DNA of 64,000 bases, taken from Blasia pusilla (taxonomy: Eukaryota). Each line of letters opens with the position of its first letter. Positions within the stretch are counted from its first letter, which is position 1. Below are positions 48,676-61,534 of the stretch, one piece after another. Below the pieces are notes generated by a model that saw only the letters and a program-made list of their open reading frames with translations, did not search any database and had not been told where the DNA came from. The stretch lies in contig CM114271.1 in assembly GCA_050084515.1 (NCBI GenBank), positions 37,758,001-37,822,000 on the forward strand, written 5' to 3'. The position numbers were made by a program, and so were the translations under genes.

Positions 48676-51600
48676 ATGACGAGGAAGAAAACTCTAGCAT
48701 CGAAGGTTGGGAGCGTAACTCCAAAGTCCATCAAAACGCCTGTACCGCCTTCTCTTGGCCCTCGCTCGGCAGCGGACATAAGGCAACAAGAGATAGAGGA
48801 CCGGGAGAGGGAAGCTGAAATGCGCAGGCAGGAGCTAGAGGGTAAGCTTGCGTTGGAGGAACTTGCAAAGCGGAATGCCGAGGCGGAGGCATCAAAGGCA
48901 ATGAAAAAAAAGATTGCGGACGAGAAGAGAGAGAAGAAACGTCTCGATGCATCTATTAAGAGGGAAGAATTGGCATAAGCGGGGAGGGAGAAGGCTATCA
49001 CCGTGGAGGAAGATAGCCTTGCCGGACCTACGGACAACGTTGAGATGGAGGATGTATCCCCGTTGAGGTCAGGCGAAACCATAAACTTGAAAACTTCTGA
49101 AGAGCTCGAAGATGCTGAAAAGAAGGAAGAGAAGTCAATGAGGACACCAAGTGTGGAGATGGTGGACATCTCTAAGAAAGCGGGAGAAGAGTCCTCGTCT
49201 TCATTGAGCCGGGTGGAAGAATTTGACTTCTTCCGCATGGATGAGTTTCCTGTGGAGTTGCCTCCTCTTGTCTCAGAGCAGCTGGCCGGCCTTGACACTT
49301 ATCCAATTTTTGAGAGGGTAAGGAGTCTTCGACATAACTTACTAAGCTTTGATGATCACTTTAGAAGAAAACTACAACCTATTAACCATCACGGAATTTT
49401 TTCAGGTTGTAAAGTAGATGGCGGTGGTGGATGGCCACAAGTCCCCCCGAATTCTTCTTTGTCGACTTCGGACCATGGAGTACGTCCGGGAAATTCAGTC
49501 GGACGAGGACACAGCAAAGTTGAAGCATTCACTTGCCACAACATCTTACTTTGACAGCTTCCTGCCATTCTTCGTGCAGCCTTATGATGAACATGGAACG
49601 CAGTCTCTCGTGACGGAAGAACACCTGGAGAACATGGACACATTCTGGAGAATGAGAGACACGGAGTTCAGAAGAGTTGTCAAAGGAACTGAATTCAGCT
49701 GGATAATGAACCTAAATTTCTTCATTTGGGATAGAAACCACAGGTTCAGGGCATGGTTCCAATTTTCCGAGGAGCGCCCAAATTTATTGGAGACGCATTT
49801 TTGTGTGAGAGCAGTCATCCTCCATCCCTTTCTGCATCATATGGCCATGGTGTAGATGGCAATGCACTCAATGAATACGTAAGTTGTCACATCTGAGTAG
49901 CCGATAGCCCGAGATCTATCGTGGATAGGGCGTAGGAGCCAGCGGACTATCTTGAGTGTAACTTTGTCCCACAGTGTCGGATGAGGTTGAGGATAGGTCC
50001 ATTGCGTCAGGAACGTCGTTTCTGACGACTTTCATGTTGAGGTCTTTTACAGCCGGGTGACTTGTTGACCAGGTCACCTGCCCCTGGTAACCTGTGCGCG
50101 CAGGTTACCAAGGGAAGGGCTATTTTTGGGGTTTGAGCCTTTTGGCTCTTCCCAACCTATATAAGAGAGGAAGATGGCTTTCCTAAGCCATCTTTCTCAT
50201 GTTGGGCCGTTGGAGCACCTCCCTTGTATGTGTGTGAGCTAGGACTAGGGTGCTAGCGTCCGGATTCCTTGATAGCACAAGGTGGACGAGGCTCGATATG
50301 CCTATGTAGATTGAGGAGTTGAGTTTTAGGCCGGGTGTGCCATTTTTACTACTCTTTATTTTTACATGAGAAAGATGTCAGGGGGCTGGTGGGAATTTGT
50401 TGTTTGCAGGTAGGCAAGCGAGTTGCCTCGGTTGGGGAGCCCCTGGAGACGTGTGTGTGTCAATTTGTGTCATTTTTCTGTTCGGAAGGCCGTGGGCGAA
50501 AGCGCTGTCCGTTTTTCTCAGATTTTGCTGGTGCAGATTGTTGGGGGACAGCAGCCGAGTGTAGCGTGTGGTAGGGCGTTGGGTGTACGCAAGTGAAGGC
50601 GTCGAAAGAGAAGGAACGGGCAAGTTGGGTCTTGCAGCCACCGGGGGGCTATCAAGTAAAGGCGGCTAGAGTTAGGGCGCGGACGGCTGGACGGCAGGGC
50701 GCATGGCGGACGGCTGGGCGAGCGGCAAGGCGCGTGACAGGCGCCCCCCCACTCCCCTCCCTGAGGTGGGAGGCGCACATAGGTGCGCGCGCGCATGTAA
50801 AATGTGCCACGACCCACACTGCAGCCAAGCACTCTCCCTCGTAGGAGCTATACTTCGCCTCTGCAATGTTGTTCGATCGACTCGCGTAAGCCACAACGAA
50901 CTCCCTCTCCTCGTCATCCCTCTGAGTAAGCACTGCTCCTAGACCCAACATGCTCCAATCCGTATGTAACTGGAATGGGCGACCCCTAACCGGTCTCTGT
51001 AAAATGGGTGAGGACGTCAACCTGTCCTTGAGCTCCTGAAATGCTCGCTCCTGATCATCTCCCCACAACCACACCTGATCAAGTCTCGTCAACAAGGTCA
51101 AAGACTTTGCGATCGCACTAAAACCCTTGACATACCGTCGATAGAAGTTCGCCAGTCCAAGAAATGCTCGGACTCGACTCACATCTGTAGGGCGTGGAAT
51201 CTGCGCAATAGCCTCTACCTTCGTCAGCTGAACGCCTAACCCACTCGGGTATATGGTGTGTCCCAAGTACTCAATCTGCTCTTGAAAGAATCTGCACTTG
51301 CCTGGATGTAACTTCAGTCCATGTAACTGCAATCGCCGAAACACCTCCTCCAAGTGTCGCTCATGCTCCTCAACCGGCCGCCCCCCCCGCCCCCCCTGCG
51401 CATTTGTTGAGTGATCTCCATGTATATGTATGAGTTGATTTTTTGTACATGTGTGTTTTGAAACATGTTAGAAGCCGGCGGGTTGCAAGGTGGTATTTAA
51501 AATTAGAAAGTGAGCCATTTTGTTTATATGCATAGTGGAAAATCGGATCTTCCGTAAAAACGATCTCGATGGGTTGCATAAGGTGAAAAATTTCTAAGAA

Positions 51601-52697
51601 GGAGACTCATTTTCAAAAATGTTTTGCAAGGTGGTATTTAAAATTAAAAAAATGCAACCGATCTCCGATGGGTCGGATCTAAGAAGGAGACTCATTTTCA
51701 AAAAAATTGGATATTTTTGACATATTTGTGTAAGCTAAATTAGTGGAATATCATTCTATATTTTTCGCATCCTAGGCCTCCTTGCAACCCGTCGGACTCC
51801 AACGGGTTGCAAGATCGACTCCGAAATTGACTCCGGTTGACAACAATGTGGAGCCCGTCAAACTTTGGCAGGTTACGAGATCAAAAGGTTCAACGAATTA
51901 ACAGCAACCCGTCGGAGTCTGAAAAGTTGCAAGAAGGCCATGGATGCTGAAAATAAACCATGATATTCCTCCATTCATGTCCAGCGGCTATCAATATTGC
52001 AACCCGTCGGAGTCCGAAGGGTTGCAACATTGCTGCCATCTGCTAACGGTTGTGCAACTTTTCGAAATCCTGTGGAGGCACAAACTACATTGAGCCTTTC
52101 TTAGGGGCTTTCTCTTGGATACCGTCGTAGCCCGTCGGAGTCCGACGGGTTGCACTCAGTCGGCACACGATCTTGTTTGTCATCTTGTGTGCAACTTGAC
52201 GGAAACCGACGGATTACATTGCAGAATAATTCTCACTTTGTCTTGACGATTTGTAGGATTGTCTCGGAGGGGAACTTGATGCATCATTGGATCCAAGATT
52301 GCGATAGAGTCAAGAAGGTGATTACAACACACCCGACGGAATACAAAGGATTCTTGGGGCAAGACTTAGTGGATGAGATGCTCGCAAAGGGTGCGATGAT
52401 CAAGAAGAAGACTTGGGCGGATACATACATCTCCCAAGAGGCAGCCGTCAGGATTCTGTGCTGGTAAAAAATTTATGCTGCCAAGAAAAGTGCCACACAG
52501 AAGTTGGAGCGGAGGGAAAAATTTTGGCATCGAAGCCAGCAAAGTTCATTCAGACTGCTATGTCAACAATCACCAAGTATACTTCGAGCAAGATGCAGCG
52601 GTACATTGCCATCCTCAACCTAGATCTTTACCATGACTTCTACAAGGAGTTGAAGGCAATCATTAAACGCCAGAGGAAGAGGGACGAAGATCTATAG
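48676..52697 (+). pseudogene. Decayed spliced gene with coiled-coil/acidic N-terminus and ParB-like domain (exons 48676-49317, 49406-49878, 52258-about 52697)
   Basis: TATATAA at 48463. Intron 1 GTAAGG..TTTCAG (phase 0) and intron 2 AC|GTAAGT..TTGTAG|G (phase 2) both join in frame. Translation includes ILLCRLRTMEYVRE..FFV..FFIWDRNHRFRAW, resembling the ParB/Srx (D)GxHR motif. In-frame TAA/TAG stops. Truncated by a copia fragment. Confidence 0.6.
49885..51390 (-). mobile_element. Ty3/gypsy fragment (RT end and RNase H, PPT, 3' LTR 49885-50739) inside intron 2 of the ParB-like gene
   Basis: GLKLHPGKCRFFQEQIEYLGH, RAFLGLANFYRRYV, FQLHTDWS..GLGAVL, YASRS..YSSYEGECLA. PPT GGGAGGGGAGTGGGGGGG. LTR bounded by TGTCAC...GTGACA. 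Integrase and 5' half are missing. Confidence 0.85.
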
Positions 52698-52864
52698 GGT
52701 TGAATTGGGGAAAAGGTCTCATTAGACCGCGTCCACAGGTTAGCACTTTCAGGAATATCCGAATTTAGGTAGATCCGACTAATGAAAATCAGTCTTGAGG
52801 GGACTCAAGCACAAAAATAGGCAACACATCATCCTACGCGGATATTAGACCCTCCCATCTCTCA

Positions 52865-53752
52865 TTGGCTGAGAGAATGGTCTTTCTCGGACTACGGTAT
52901 GTGGAATTTTCTGTTCAATTCAGGCTTCAATTTGAACCTTCTCCGAGTTTACAATTACAAGAATTCACAGATGCTGATTGGGCAAGAAGCGTGTCTGATG
53001 GACACTCAACATATGGTTATTTATTTACTTTGGGAAGCCCAATTATAAGCTGGGCTTCAAAGAAGCAACCTATAGTTGCCTTATCTTCAAGAGAGGCTGA
53101 ATACAAATGAGCAACCAATGTAGCATGTGAGGCGGTGTGGCTTCATCAATTACTTGTTGAGATTGGTATTAGTAACTTAAGACCTAGTGTAATATATGCA
53201 GAAAATATTAGTAGCATCAAACTTGCTAATAACCCTATGTTTCATGCTTGTACAAAGCATGTTGAGGTGCACTATCATTTTATGAGAGAGAAAATGCTTG
53301 CAGGAGAAATTGATCTTGTTTATATAAGTATAGATCAAAAAATTGCTAACATCTTTACAAAGGCATTGTCTAGAGATAAGTTTGAGATGTTTAGAAACAA
53401 TTTAGGCATTACAGATCTCGATATGAGCTTGAGGGGGAGTATTGAAGATTGAGTTACAGACAAGATCATGAGATATTTGAACTGCTATATTTGGTACTCA
53501 TGCAAAGTAGGGAAGCTTAATCTTGGTTAGTCAGTGAAGGGCGCTTATCTTAACTAAGGTTAGTCAATCACAATAAGTCTAACCAGAGACTATGGTTAAG
53601 ATTAGGGTTAGGGTTGCTTGTACATATCCTATATAATTGAGAAGGGGATCATCCTCCACTCATTCTCTCATTGCAAAATTTTATTCTCCACGGTGGTGAG
53701 TGAGTGTGAGAGCCGTTTCCCACCAATTATGCTTCTTTAGCAATTTTCTATA
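52865..53752 (+). mobile_element. Ty1/copia 3' fragment: RNase H, PPT and LTR (53440-53752)
   Basis: TDADWA..ISWASKKQPIVALSSREAEY and KHVEVHYHFMRE..IFTKAL. Duplicate of 20051-20919. Confidence 0.85.
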
Positions 53753-56700
53753 TATTCACGATGTGTATTGTTTCTAGTTGATACACCATGTATTTTTTTG
53801 CACATCTTGTCTCGATCATCACTTTATTCTTAAGTACAAACTTTCTCAAGCAATACTATGGAGACTCTCTAGTTTCTTGGTTGACTTCCTTGGATCTCCC
53901 CAAGGACTCAATGGACCCGGAGAAATATCCTTTGTTTGATCCTTGTGAGATTTTTGTAGAAGGTAGAGAGTCGCTTGAGTCATCCCCAAAGTCAAGACCC
54001 TTTAAAAAGACTTAATCTAGAATCCCAAGCCGGTCTTTTCATGATGTCCAACTTTAAGGTTTCTTTCGTAGATTAAAGGTTGATTGTCCCTTGTTTGTGG
54101 TAGCACTTCGTCCAAGTTGAAGTTCTATTTGATATACTCTTCTTGAGAAAGTGGAGACCATTTCTCGCTCTCTAGGGGTGCTGGAGTTGCACTCTTTATG
54201 CCATAGTGTTCTTGCATGGACACACATTGGCACTGATAGCCTTCCCTCTTCTATGTATGGATTTCATTTATGTGCTTATCATCGCAATGTTTCTTGTTAC
54301 GTCATGGATTTGAGTGACCTTTTCTTGTTGAACTTGTTCAAAGATATAGCTGAAGAGTCACGAGCAAAGCTGGAGAGCAAGAGCTAGAGCTAGAGATCCA
54401 ATAGCAAAGTTGGAGCGGCCCAAGAAGACTTTCCCAAAGATGGGGGGGCAGGTCAGAGGGCCCTAGAAGTATATATAAGGGGAAGGGTCTCTGAGGGTGC
54501 TTGGGATCTGAGCTCTACTTTGAGTAGCCACAAGGCTAATCGAGGGCACGGAATGGACCAAGGGCAAGAGAGTAAATTTCAAAGGCCACCCTTGGATTCC
54601 AACTATGACTTAGTTACTGGGTCTCATGGTTAGGGACTCATGCAAAATCCATTAGACAGTTGGAACCGCTAGGCATGCAAGCCTCGTTTTAGGTGCCTTG
54701 AGTATCTAGAAAGTTTGTCCCAATTCTAGAAAGATCCGCCCGTATTGGGAAGTGAGGAGTTAGGACCTATTAAGCTTGATGCATGGCTGAGTTGAAAACT
54801 CGAAGAGTTGGAAGGCTAGTGGACTCAAACCAAGTCTAATGAGAGTGTGTTTAGATGCAAATCAACAAAGTGAGCATGACCTACTAAATGTATGCTTCCA
54901 CAACATCTAAAATTGAGGAGTAGGTGCACGACAGAGGGGGTGATGGCAGACCCAAGTACAGATTAAGGATTGAACAACCTAAAATGTATTGCAAACAAAG
55001 CGTAATCAAAATGCTCAAAGAATGCAGTTTTTGACCCTAGTTTAGAATGACCTTGCTGACTTGGGCCCCATAGTCGTGTATGCTTCCCGCGGACTAAAAA
55101 GAAAATTTGGCCAAATCCAGGGTTATGAGTAATCATAGCTGGTTAAAATTGGTTTTGGTAAAACAATGGAAAGATTGGGGGTTTCGAAATGGTAAAATCG
55201 ATTTGAAATCCAATTTTACTATTCCCTGCTATGAAATACCAGTTCCCATTCTTGCTTCGGTCCACAACGCATATATTCAAAAATTCAAAAATGTGTTATT
55301 TTACAAAATTCAGTTTTTAATAATGTAAAAATATTTTTAATTTCAATACTAACTAGTATACGTCCATTATAGGAAAAGGAAGGCATTATACAGGGGCTCA
55401 TGGAGGGAATAAATGAAATATATGGGGGAGTTTGGTAAGAATGGGAAGGGGGCTGATATTTTGGCAGGAGAGAGTAAGAGAGGAGAGGAAGAGAGAAAGA
55501 GAGGAGAGTCTCTCTTAAAGAAAAGGGAGAGTCCGCCTCCTCTCTTCTAAAATTTCATTAGTTTCTTTATAAGTTTTTCTCTTTGAAATGCTAAAAAACT
55601 TAAGAAGAGAGTAACAAGTGGACCAGATTGGGTCATAAACTAACCTCGTTTTTCCAGGCTTCAATCCTAAACTAGATACACCAAGACCAAGTAAGCCGTG
55701 GTCTATATATACTACTTACATCAGTCTATATGCTAGCCAAGACTTTCACTACTAATAGATGGGATTTATTTTCTCCTAGGACATTCTTGGAGATTGAAAA
55801 ATAGGATAGCAAATTTGGTGAGTTTATTAGAAAGTGATGGGTTTGAATATTTCCAACTATGACTCAGACTTCTCTGAGGCCACGAATCAGTCGTCTATGT
55901 TGGCTGAGCAATGGGTATATGGAGTGTCTATGATGGTGATGGGTGTTTGGAAAGTTTAGGGTTTAGCATTTAAACACATCTGTCTGAGGTAAAGAAAGCG
56001 ACCCTTAAGGCCTACATGGAAGGACTACGAGGAAAATAAAGGCAATCAACCTTTCATCCTGTCGGAATCCGACAAGTTGGTAGACGTCAAGAGTCCAGAA
56101 AAGCTAGTGACGAAACAAGTGGAGAGAATGAAATGAAGGTAAGGCATCATCCTTCCATGCAACCTGTCGGAATCCGACAGGTTTAGATGCTGATTGCTTC
56201 CATTTTACTCTAAGTCCTTCCTTGTAGATCTCTGTCCTCTCTTCCTCTCTTCATGCAACTTGTCGGATTCCGACAGGTTGCATGATAGATGAAGTTTGAA
56301 TCTAAGAAGAACAACAGGAATGAAGCCTCCCAACCTGAGGCATGCCAACCTGTGAGAATGCAATAGGTTTCAAAAAATAACGCCTGAGTGAGGAATGGTT
56401 TGAAGAAAATGGGGGAACAAGGCGAGGGTCCATAAGCCAGCCAGAATGCCTGAAAGGATTGTGGTGGCACAGGAAAAGAAAAATCAGTCAAGTAGACAAC
56501 CTATCAAAATCCAACCGGGTGGAGGACGTTAAATTGGGAAAATGCAGCAGCCAATCAATTTGACGTGCAACCTGTCTAAATCCGACAGGTTTCCTGAATG
56601 GATCATAGAGAAAGAGGTTTAAAAAAAAATGTGAGCATCCCGGAAGCAATAAATCCTACAACTTGTCGGAATCCTATAAGTTACAAGCATGGTCTTTGGT

Positions 56701-56889
56701 TTGCAACCCAGTTTAATCCGACGGGTTGCTCAATGAAGACCGTTCAGCATAGAGGAATTGCAACCAAGACACACAAGCACCACTACTTAGAAAACACATC
56801 AAGAACGTTAATATCTCAAAAAATGGAAATCCTTTATTATATCCGAGGGAAACTCAGAAATTTACATTAGTTCACAGAATCCAACAACT

Positions 56890-58520
56890 CTAGTCTATGA
56901 TTTCCTCAGCCTTGTCATCTACAAATTTACTCCTAACTCTCCTAGGTTCTTGTACAAGAGGAATGTCTTGGGATACTAGTGGCTCATCTGGCCGATTGTA
57001 GATGGGGATTGAGAATATAGGGGAAGTTGATAGCCTTGCCTCCCCCCCCTAGGTACACCATATTGGTCCTATGTGTGATTTTAAGAGTCCCAACGCCTTC
57101 CCTGTAAAAAAATCTTGTATGCTCCGCAAGGTGACATCCATCCACTATCAATATGTACTCACTTGAAACCACCAAAGGTCCAAAACACTTGAATCAATTG
57201 AACAATAAATCCACCGTCTTCCTCGGAGAGCTCCTCCCAAACGATTGCCGGGCCTTGCCCTCGCCGATTTTGGAATCAGAAGGGAAATGGCGTCACTACC
57301 AATGGGTCTACTGGGAGCATTTGCCTTTGGAGGCGAGTTGTAGACTCCCACAAGCCTTTCGTAATCCACCTTTGCCTCCTTGCAAAGGTCCAAAAGTTTC
57401 GTTCTTCCTTCAATGGAGAGAATGTTTCTGCCACTCTACCATGTACCTCTGATACTCGCCCTTGATAAACCAACCAAGTCCAAGACCAAATCACATGGCC
57501 TCGAGTATAGCTCAATGAGGGTCTGCATCAGGGTAGGTGACTGATCCCTTCCTCCAAGTAAAGGCGTGCCTTCAATCATAAAGAGTCCCTGGGGGGAATT
57601 GTAAAGGTTATCCAATGTGACCCAATCGAAGCATGGATCAACGCGATCGGATATCTAAAACACCTAAAACATGTGCTCTGGTCTCACAAAATAGTAGACA
57701 TAGGAGTGCTCCATCTGTCCACAAGGCAAGAGAAAAAAATGGTTAGCTTTAAGGTGGAACAAGCCTACACGTCGGAAACAGACCGCTTGCTCTACAACTT
57801 CCTAAAAATCACCTGTGCAACCCGTCGGATCCCCATGGGTTGCTCATAAACAAAGTGAGATTTTGTCTAGCTCTACAACTTCGTCAATACGCCCCCGTGC
57901 AACCCGTCGAATCCCGAAGGGTTGCACTGGTTGGTTTTTTCCTTATCCAAGCATCTACTTTAGAAGCAACCCGTCAGAGCCCGAAGGGTTGCTCATAAAC
58001 AAAGTAAGATTTCTTGTAACTCTATACTTTCGTCAAAACGCCCCCGTGCAACCCATCGGCCTCCGACGGGTTGCACTGGTTGCTTCTTTCCTTATCCAAA
58101 TATCTAGTTGAGAAGTAACCTGTCGGAACCCGACGGGTTGCTCATCAGCAACGTCATAAGTCTATGAGCAACCCGTCGTGTTATGACGGGTTTCTCATCA
58201 TGGGGAAAGGGTTGCACTAAATGTCTCTACTCGATTCCTACAACCCGACGGGTTGCATATGTAAACCTACGGTCTAGAACATAGAAAAAAAATGGAATAA
58301 AGTAATTTTGAACATACCATGATTTGATTTGTAGCAGATCTGAGTGGGTCTTCATTTTTAACCACCCACGACTGTGCCGTCCTCCACTTTAGCAACCTCT
58401 TCACGCAATGAAGGTTGAAGACCTCGTCTTTGCTCCCTCCAGTCAGCACCAAGAAACAATCCCTATCACTAAGATATGCGTCCCCAAGAGAAAATAAGAG
58501 GGCGATCTGGTCAGAAGTGA
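56890..58520 (-). pseudogene. DNA methyltransferase-like gene fragment, copy 2 (exons about 58520-58318 and 57714-56890)
   Basis: Duplicate of 24043-25626 with a longer upstream exon (DQIALLFSLGDAYLSDRDCFLVLTGG..LLKWRTAQSWVVKNEDPL). Same donor, branch point and acceptor. Confidence 0.55.
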
Positions 58521-59810
58521 AACCCAACTCTTGTAGGACGTATGTAACTTTGCCATACCAAGCTCTTGGAGCTTTTTGGAGCCCGTATAGAGATTTCTTC
58601 AACCTGCATACGCGCAATGGAAACTCGGGATGCTCATATCCAATTGGTTGAGTCATATATACCTCTTCATATAGATCTCCATTCAAGAAGGCATTCTTGA
58701 CGGCCATGTGATGTAATCTCCACTTCTTACTTACTACAACTACAACCACTATTCTCTTAGTCGCCATCTTTGCAATAGGACTAAATATTTCTTCATAATC
58801 GATGCCATATTGTTGTGCATAGCCCTTAGCCACCAATCTCGCTTTGTATCTATTAACTGTACCATCTTGATTACGCTTGATTTTATAAACCCATTTGCAA
58901 CCAATAGCTTCCTTACCGGAAGGTATATCAACCAACTCTTAGGTGTGTTGATGTGTTAATGTAGCAAGCTCTTCCTCCATAGCTTCAATACATTTGAATT
59001 GAATTGCACCTTCTTCAAAATAACTCGGCTCCTCTTCTTGAAGAGTAGTCATCATATGTGCATGATGTGTCGCAAGAAACCTTCATTTTTGAATCTATGA
59101 ATAGGATGTGTGCCTCTACTTGATCTATGAAGTTGTTGTTCAGAGGTAGATGCCTCTGACACATGACTCGAGCTCTCACTAGTGTCAACAGACTGAATAT
59201 GTATTCTTCCCGTCCATGTGCTCACAGATTTAACTAACGAATCTAGGACCTCTCCTAATCCTACACTAGTACTTAGGGAAATTTGAAGGCAATGTTTGTT
59301 GGTTTATAGTCATATTTTCTCCTTTAACAGACGAGTTTAGAGGTGGAATAGGCTCAGATGGACCATGGCTTTAGCTCATCAAAGATAGCATCGCGACTAA
59401 TAATAAGCTCCCTAGAGGATGGAATATAGCACTTATACCCCTTAGTTTCATCAACGTAGCCAATGAATATACATATTTTAGATTTGGGATTTAATTTGTA
59501 ACGTCTTTCAAAAGGAACATGAGCATAATAAATACAACCAAATACTTCCTGTGAAGACTTCGAATGGAGTCTTTTCATGAACTCCTGTTGTTGGAGTTCG
59601 GTTGATTAAAAAGACTTCACACGCTACAGCCTCTGCCCAATACACCCTACGTATATTCTTTTCATTCAGCATAGCTCGTGGAGCCTCAGCAATATGTCGA
59701 TCCTTCCTCTGAGCCACTCCATTTTGTTGTGGAGTGTAACGGCAAGTTACTTGACGTTGGATGTCATTTTGACGTAAATAGTCATCAAACTCATTTTAAA
59801 ATACTCTCGT
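58521..59810 (-). mobile_element. Ty1/copia integrase-RT fragment
   Basis: TPQQNGVAQRK, YWAEAV, CIFIGY, IGCKWVYKIK, YKARLVAKGY and LKKSLYGL. Confidence 0.9.
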
Positions 59811-59922
59811 CCTCTACGCGGATAGTCTGACAGATGGTACTTGGAAACCAATTCATTAGTGAACAAAATATATTGCATAACCCCAACAAGGAGACGCTTT
59901 GCCATTGCAACCGCCTAACCAA

Positions 59923-60600
59923 TCTATATAATAATGGATGATCCTATACGTACAATAAGACAAAGTAATGAAATGATAAGATAAAAGAGCAATATTTTTT
60001 AATTTTTTTCTCGAGAAAATAATTTTATTGACTAATTATCAATAATTCAATTAATTTATATTATAATGGATGATCCTAGATGTATAGTTAGACAAGATAG
60101 TGGGATAGTTTGGAAAAAGAGCAAAAAATTAAAAATTTTGTCCCTTAATTCATATTTGATGGAAATGGAAAATGAATCTTAATGGAGAAGGAATACATAT
60201 TGTTTCTTGAAGGATTGAATTATTAAGGAAATTATTGGATATCATTTACATTTTGACTCATTAGTGGAATTATGAGAAGAGTGGAATATTACTACTCTAC
60301 TAAAAATTATATTTTAAAATTTGAAATTAAATTATGATTTCTTTAAAAAAAAGTTCAGGTGAATTCATATTTGATATTTTGAGAAAAAGATGAATTTTAT
60401 TCGAAAATGACTTCATAAATTAAAATTAACTTGTAATTTAATTCATGGATATTATTTTGACTGGAAAAATGAAAGGGAAGATACTATTATTGAAATTATT
60501 TACGATATTATTTAAAAGTGAAATGTTATTATTATTATATTAATATTTTAAAAAATAAAATGAAATTCATATGTAAGTTTTAAAATATTTGTACATTTTT
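59923..60600 (+). repeat. AT-rich Helitron-like repeat fragment
   Basis: Starts A|TCTATATATAATAATGG and shares internal blocks with 10100-10500 and 26400-27450. Confidence 0.45.
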
Positions 60601-61534
60601 AAAAGTCATTTTCGTACGAAAGCATTTGAATGAAAACATTGCAAACGCTATGGATGCAAGTGAGAATCCCATTTCGTAAAGCGACACATTTTTGGACGCG
60701 TTGACACATGCGTTGTGGACCAAAAGCAAGAATAGGAACCATAGTGCTTTTCTAACGCAAAAGACGGTGTCGTGATTGGAGTAGAGTTTGGAGGTCGAGA
60801 CCTGGCAGCGTTGGATGAAGTACAGTGCATCCAACGCTGCCAGGTGGAAACTGATCACTTTCGGGAAGACCTTATCATTGCGATCGATGATGGTGCAGGC
60901 GCATGCTCCCCAAATAAAAACAGAGAACTAGACCTAAAAACTGTGTGGGCATCTGATGGCCAAATTAATCATGGCCGATTGCACTCGGTTAAACGCAGCA
61001 CTCAATCTCACGGACCAGAGTCCTTTCAATAATTGATGTTGATAAAAAAAATTTAATGACGATTTACCATGAAGAAGTTCTTGTATCCCGTGGCCAGCGC
61101 AACTCGAAAGCATCCAGCACTGTAAATGTACTCTTTCAAATTTTCATGCATACAAGGGATCAGAACCCATGAGCCCTTCAAAATCATACATCCTGTGGTT
61201 CCGTCAGGATAGCGCAGGGACATGGCAGATTTGAGCTGGAGCCAGAATTGAGAAACTGTGTGCTGGGAACTGATCAGACAATGGATCGTGGCGTGCACCT
61301 CCGTGCAGGCTAGAACTGACTGAACTAAACCTGGTTGAATCAAGCAGCACCTTACCACCGGCATGTATATAAATGGAAGACTCCGATCCAGCTCGACACT
61401 GTTATTCTGTTACTACACTTACAACGTCACACCCATAATTGATGCTGGTGGTGACGATCGATCATCGGCAGGGCGTTGAGCTCGATCCTCAGGAAAACAA
61501 GCAACCCGAATACTGTGCATATCGTTGAATTCAT

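Noticed and set aside
48462-49298. 278-aa Ser-rich minus-strand ORF
   Set aside because: Antisense shadow of the Glu/Lys-rich plus-strand exon, which has a TATA box and phase-compatible splice sites.
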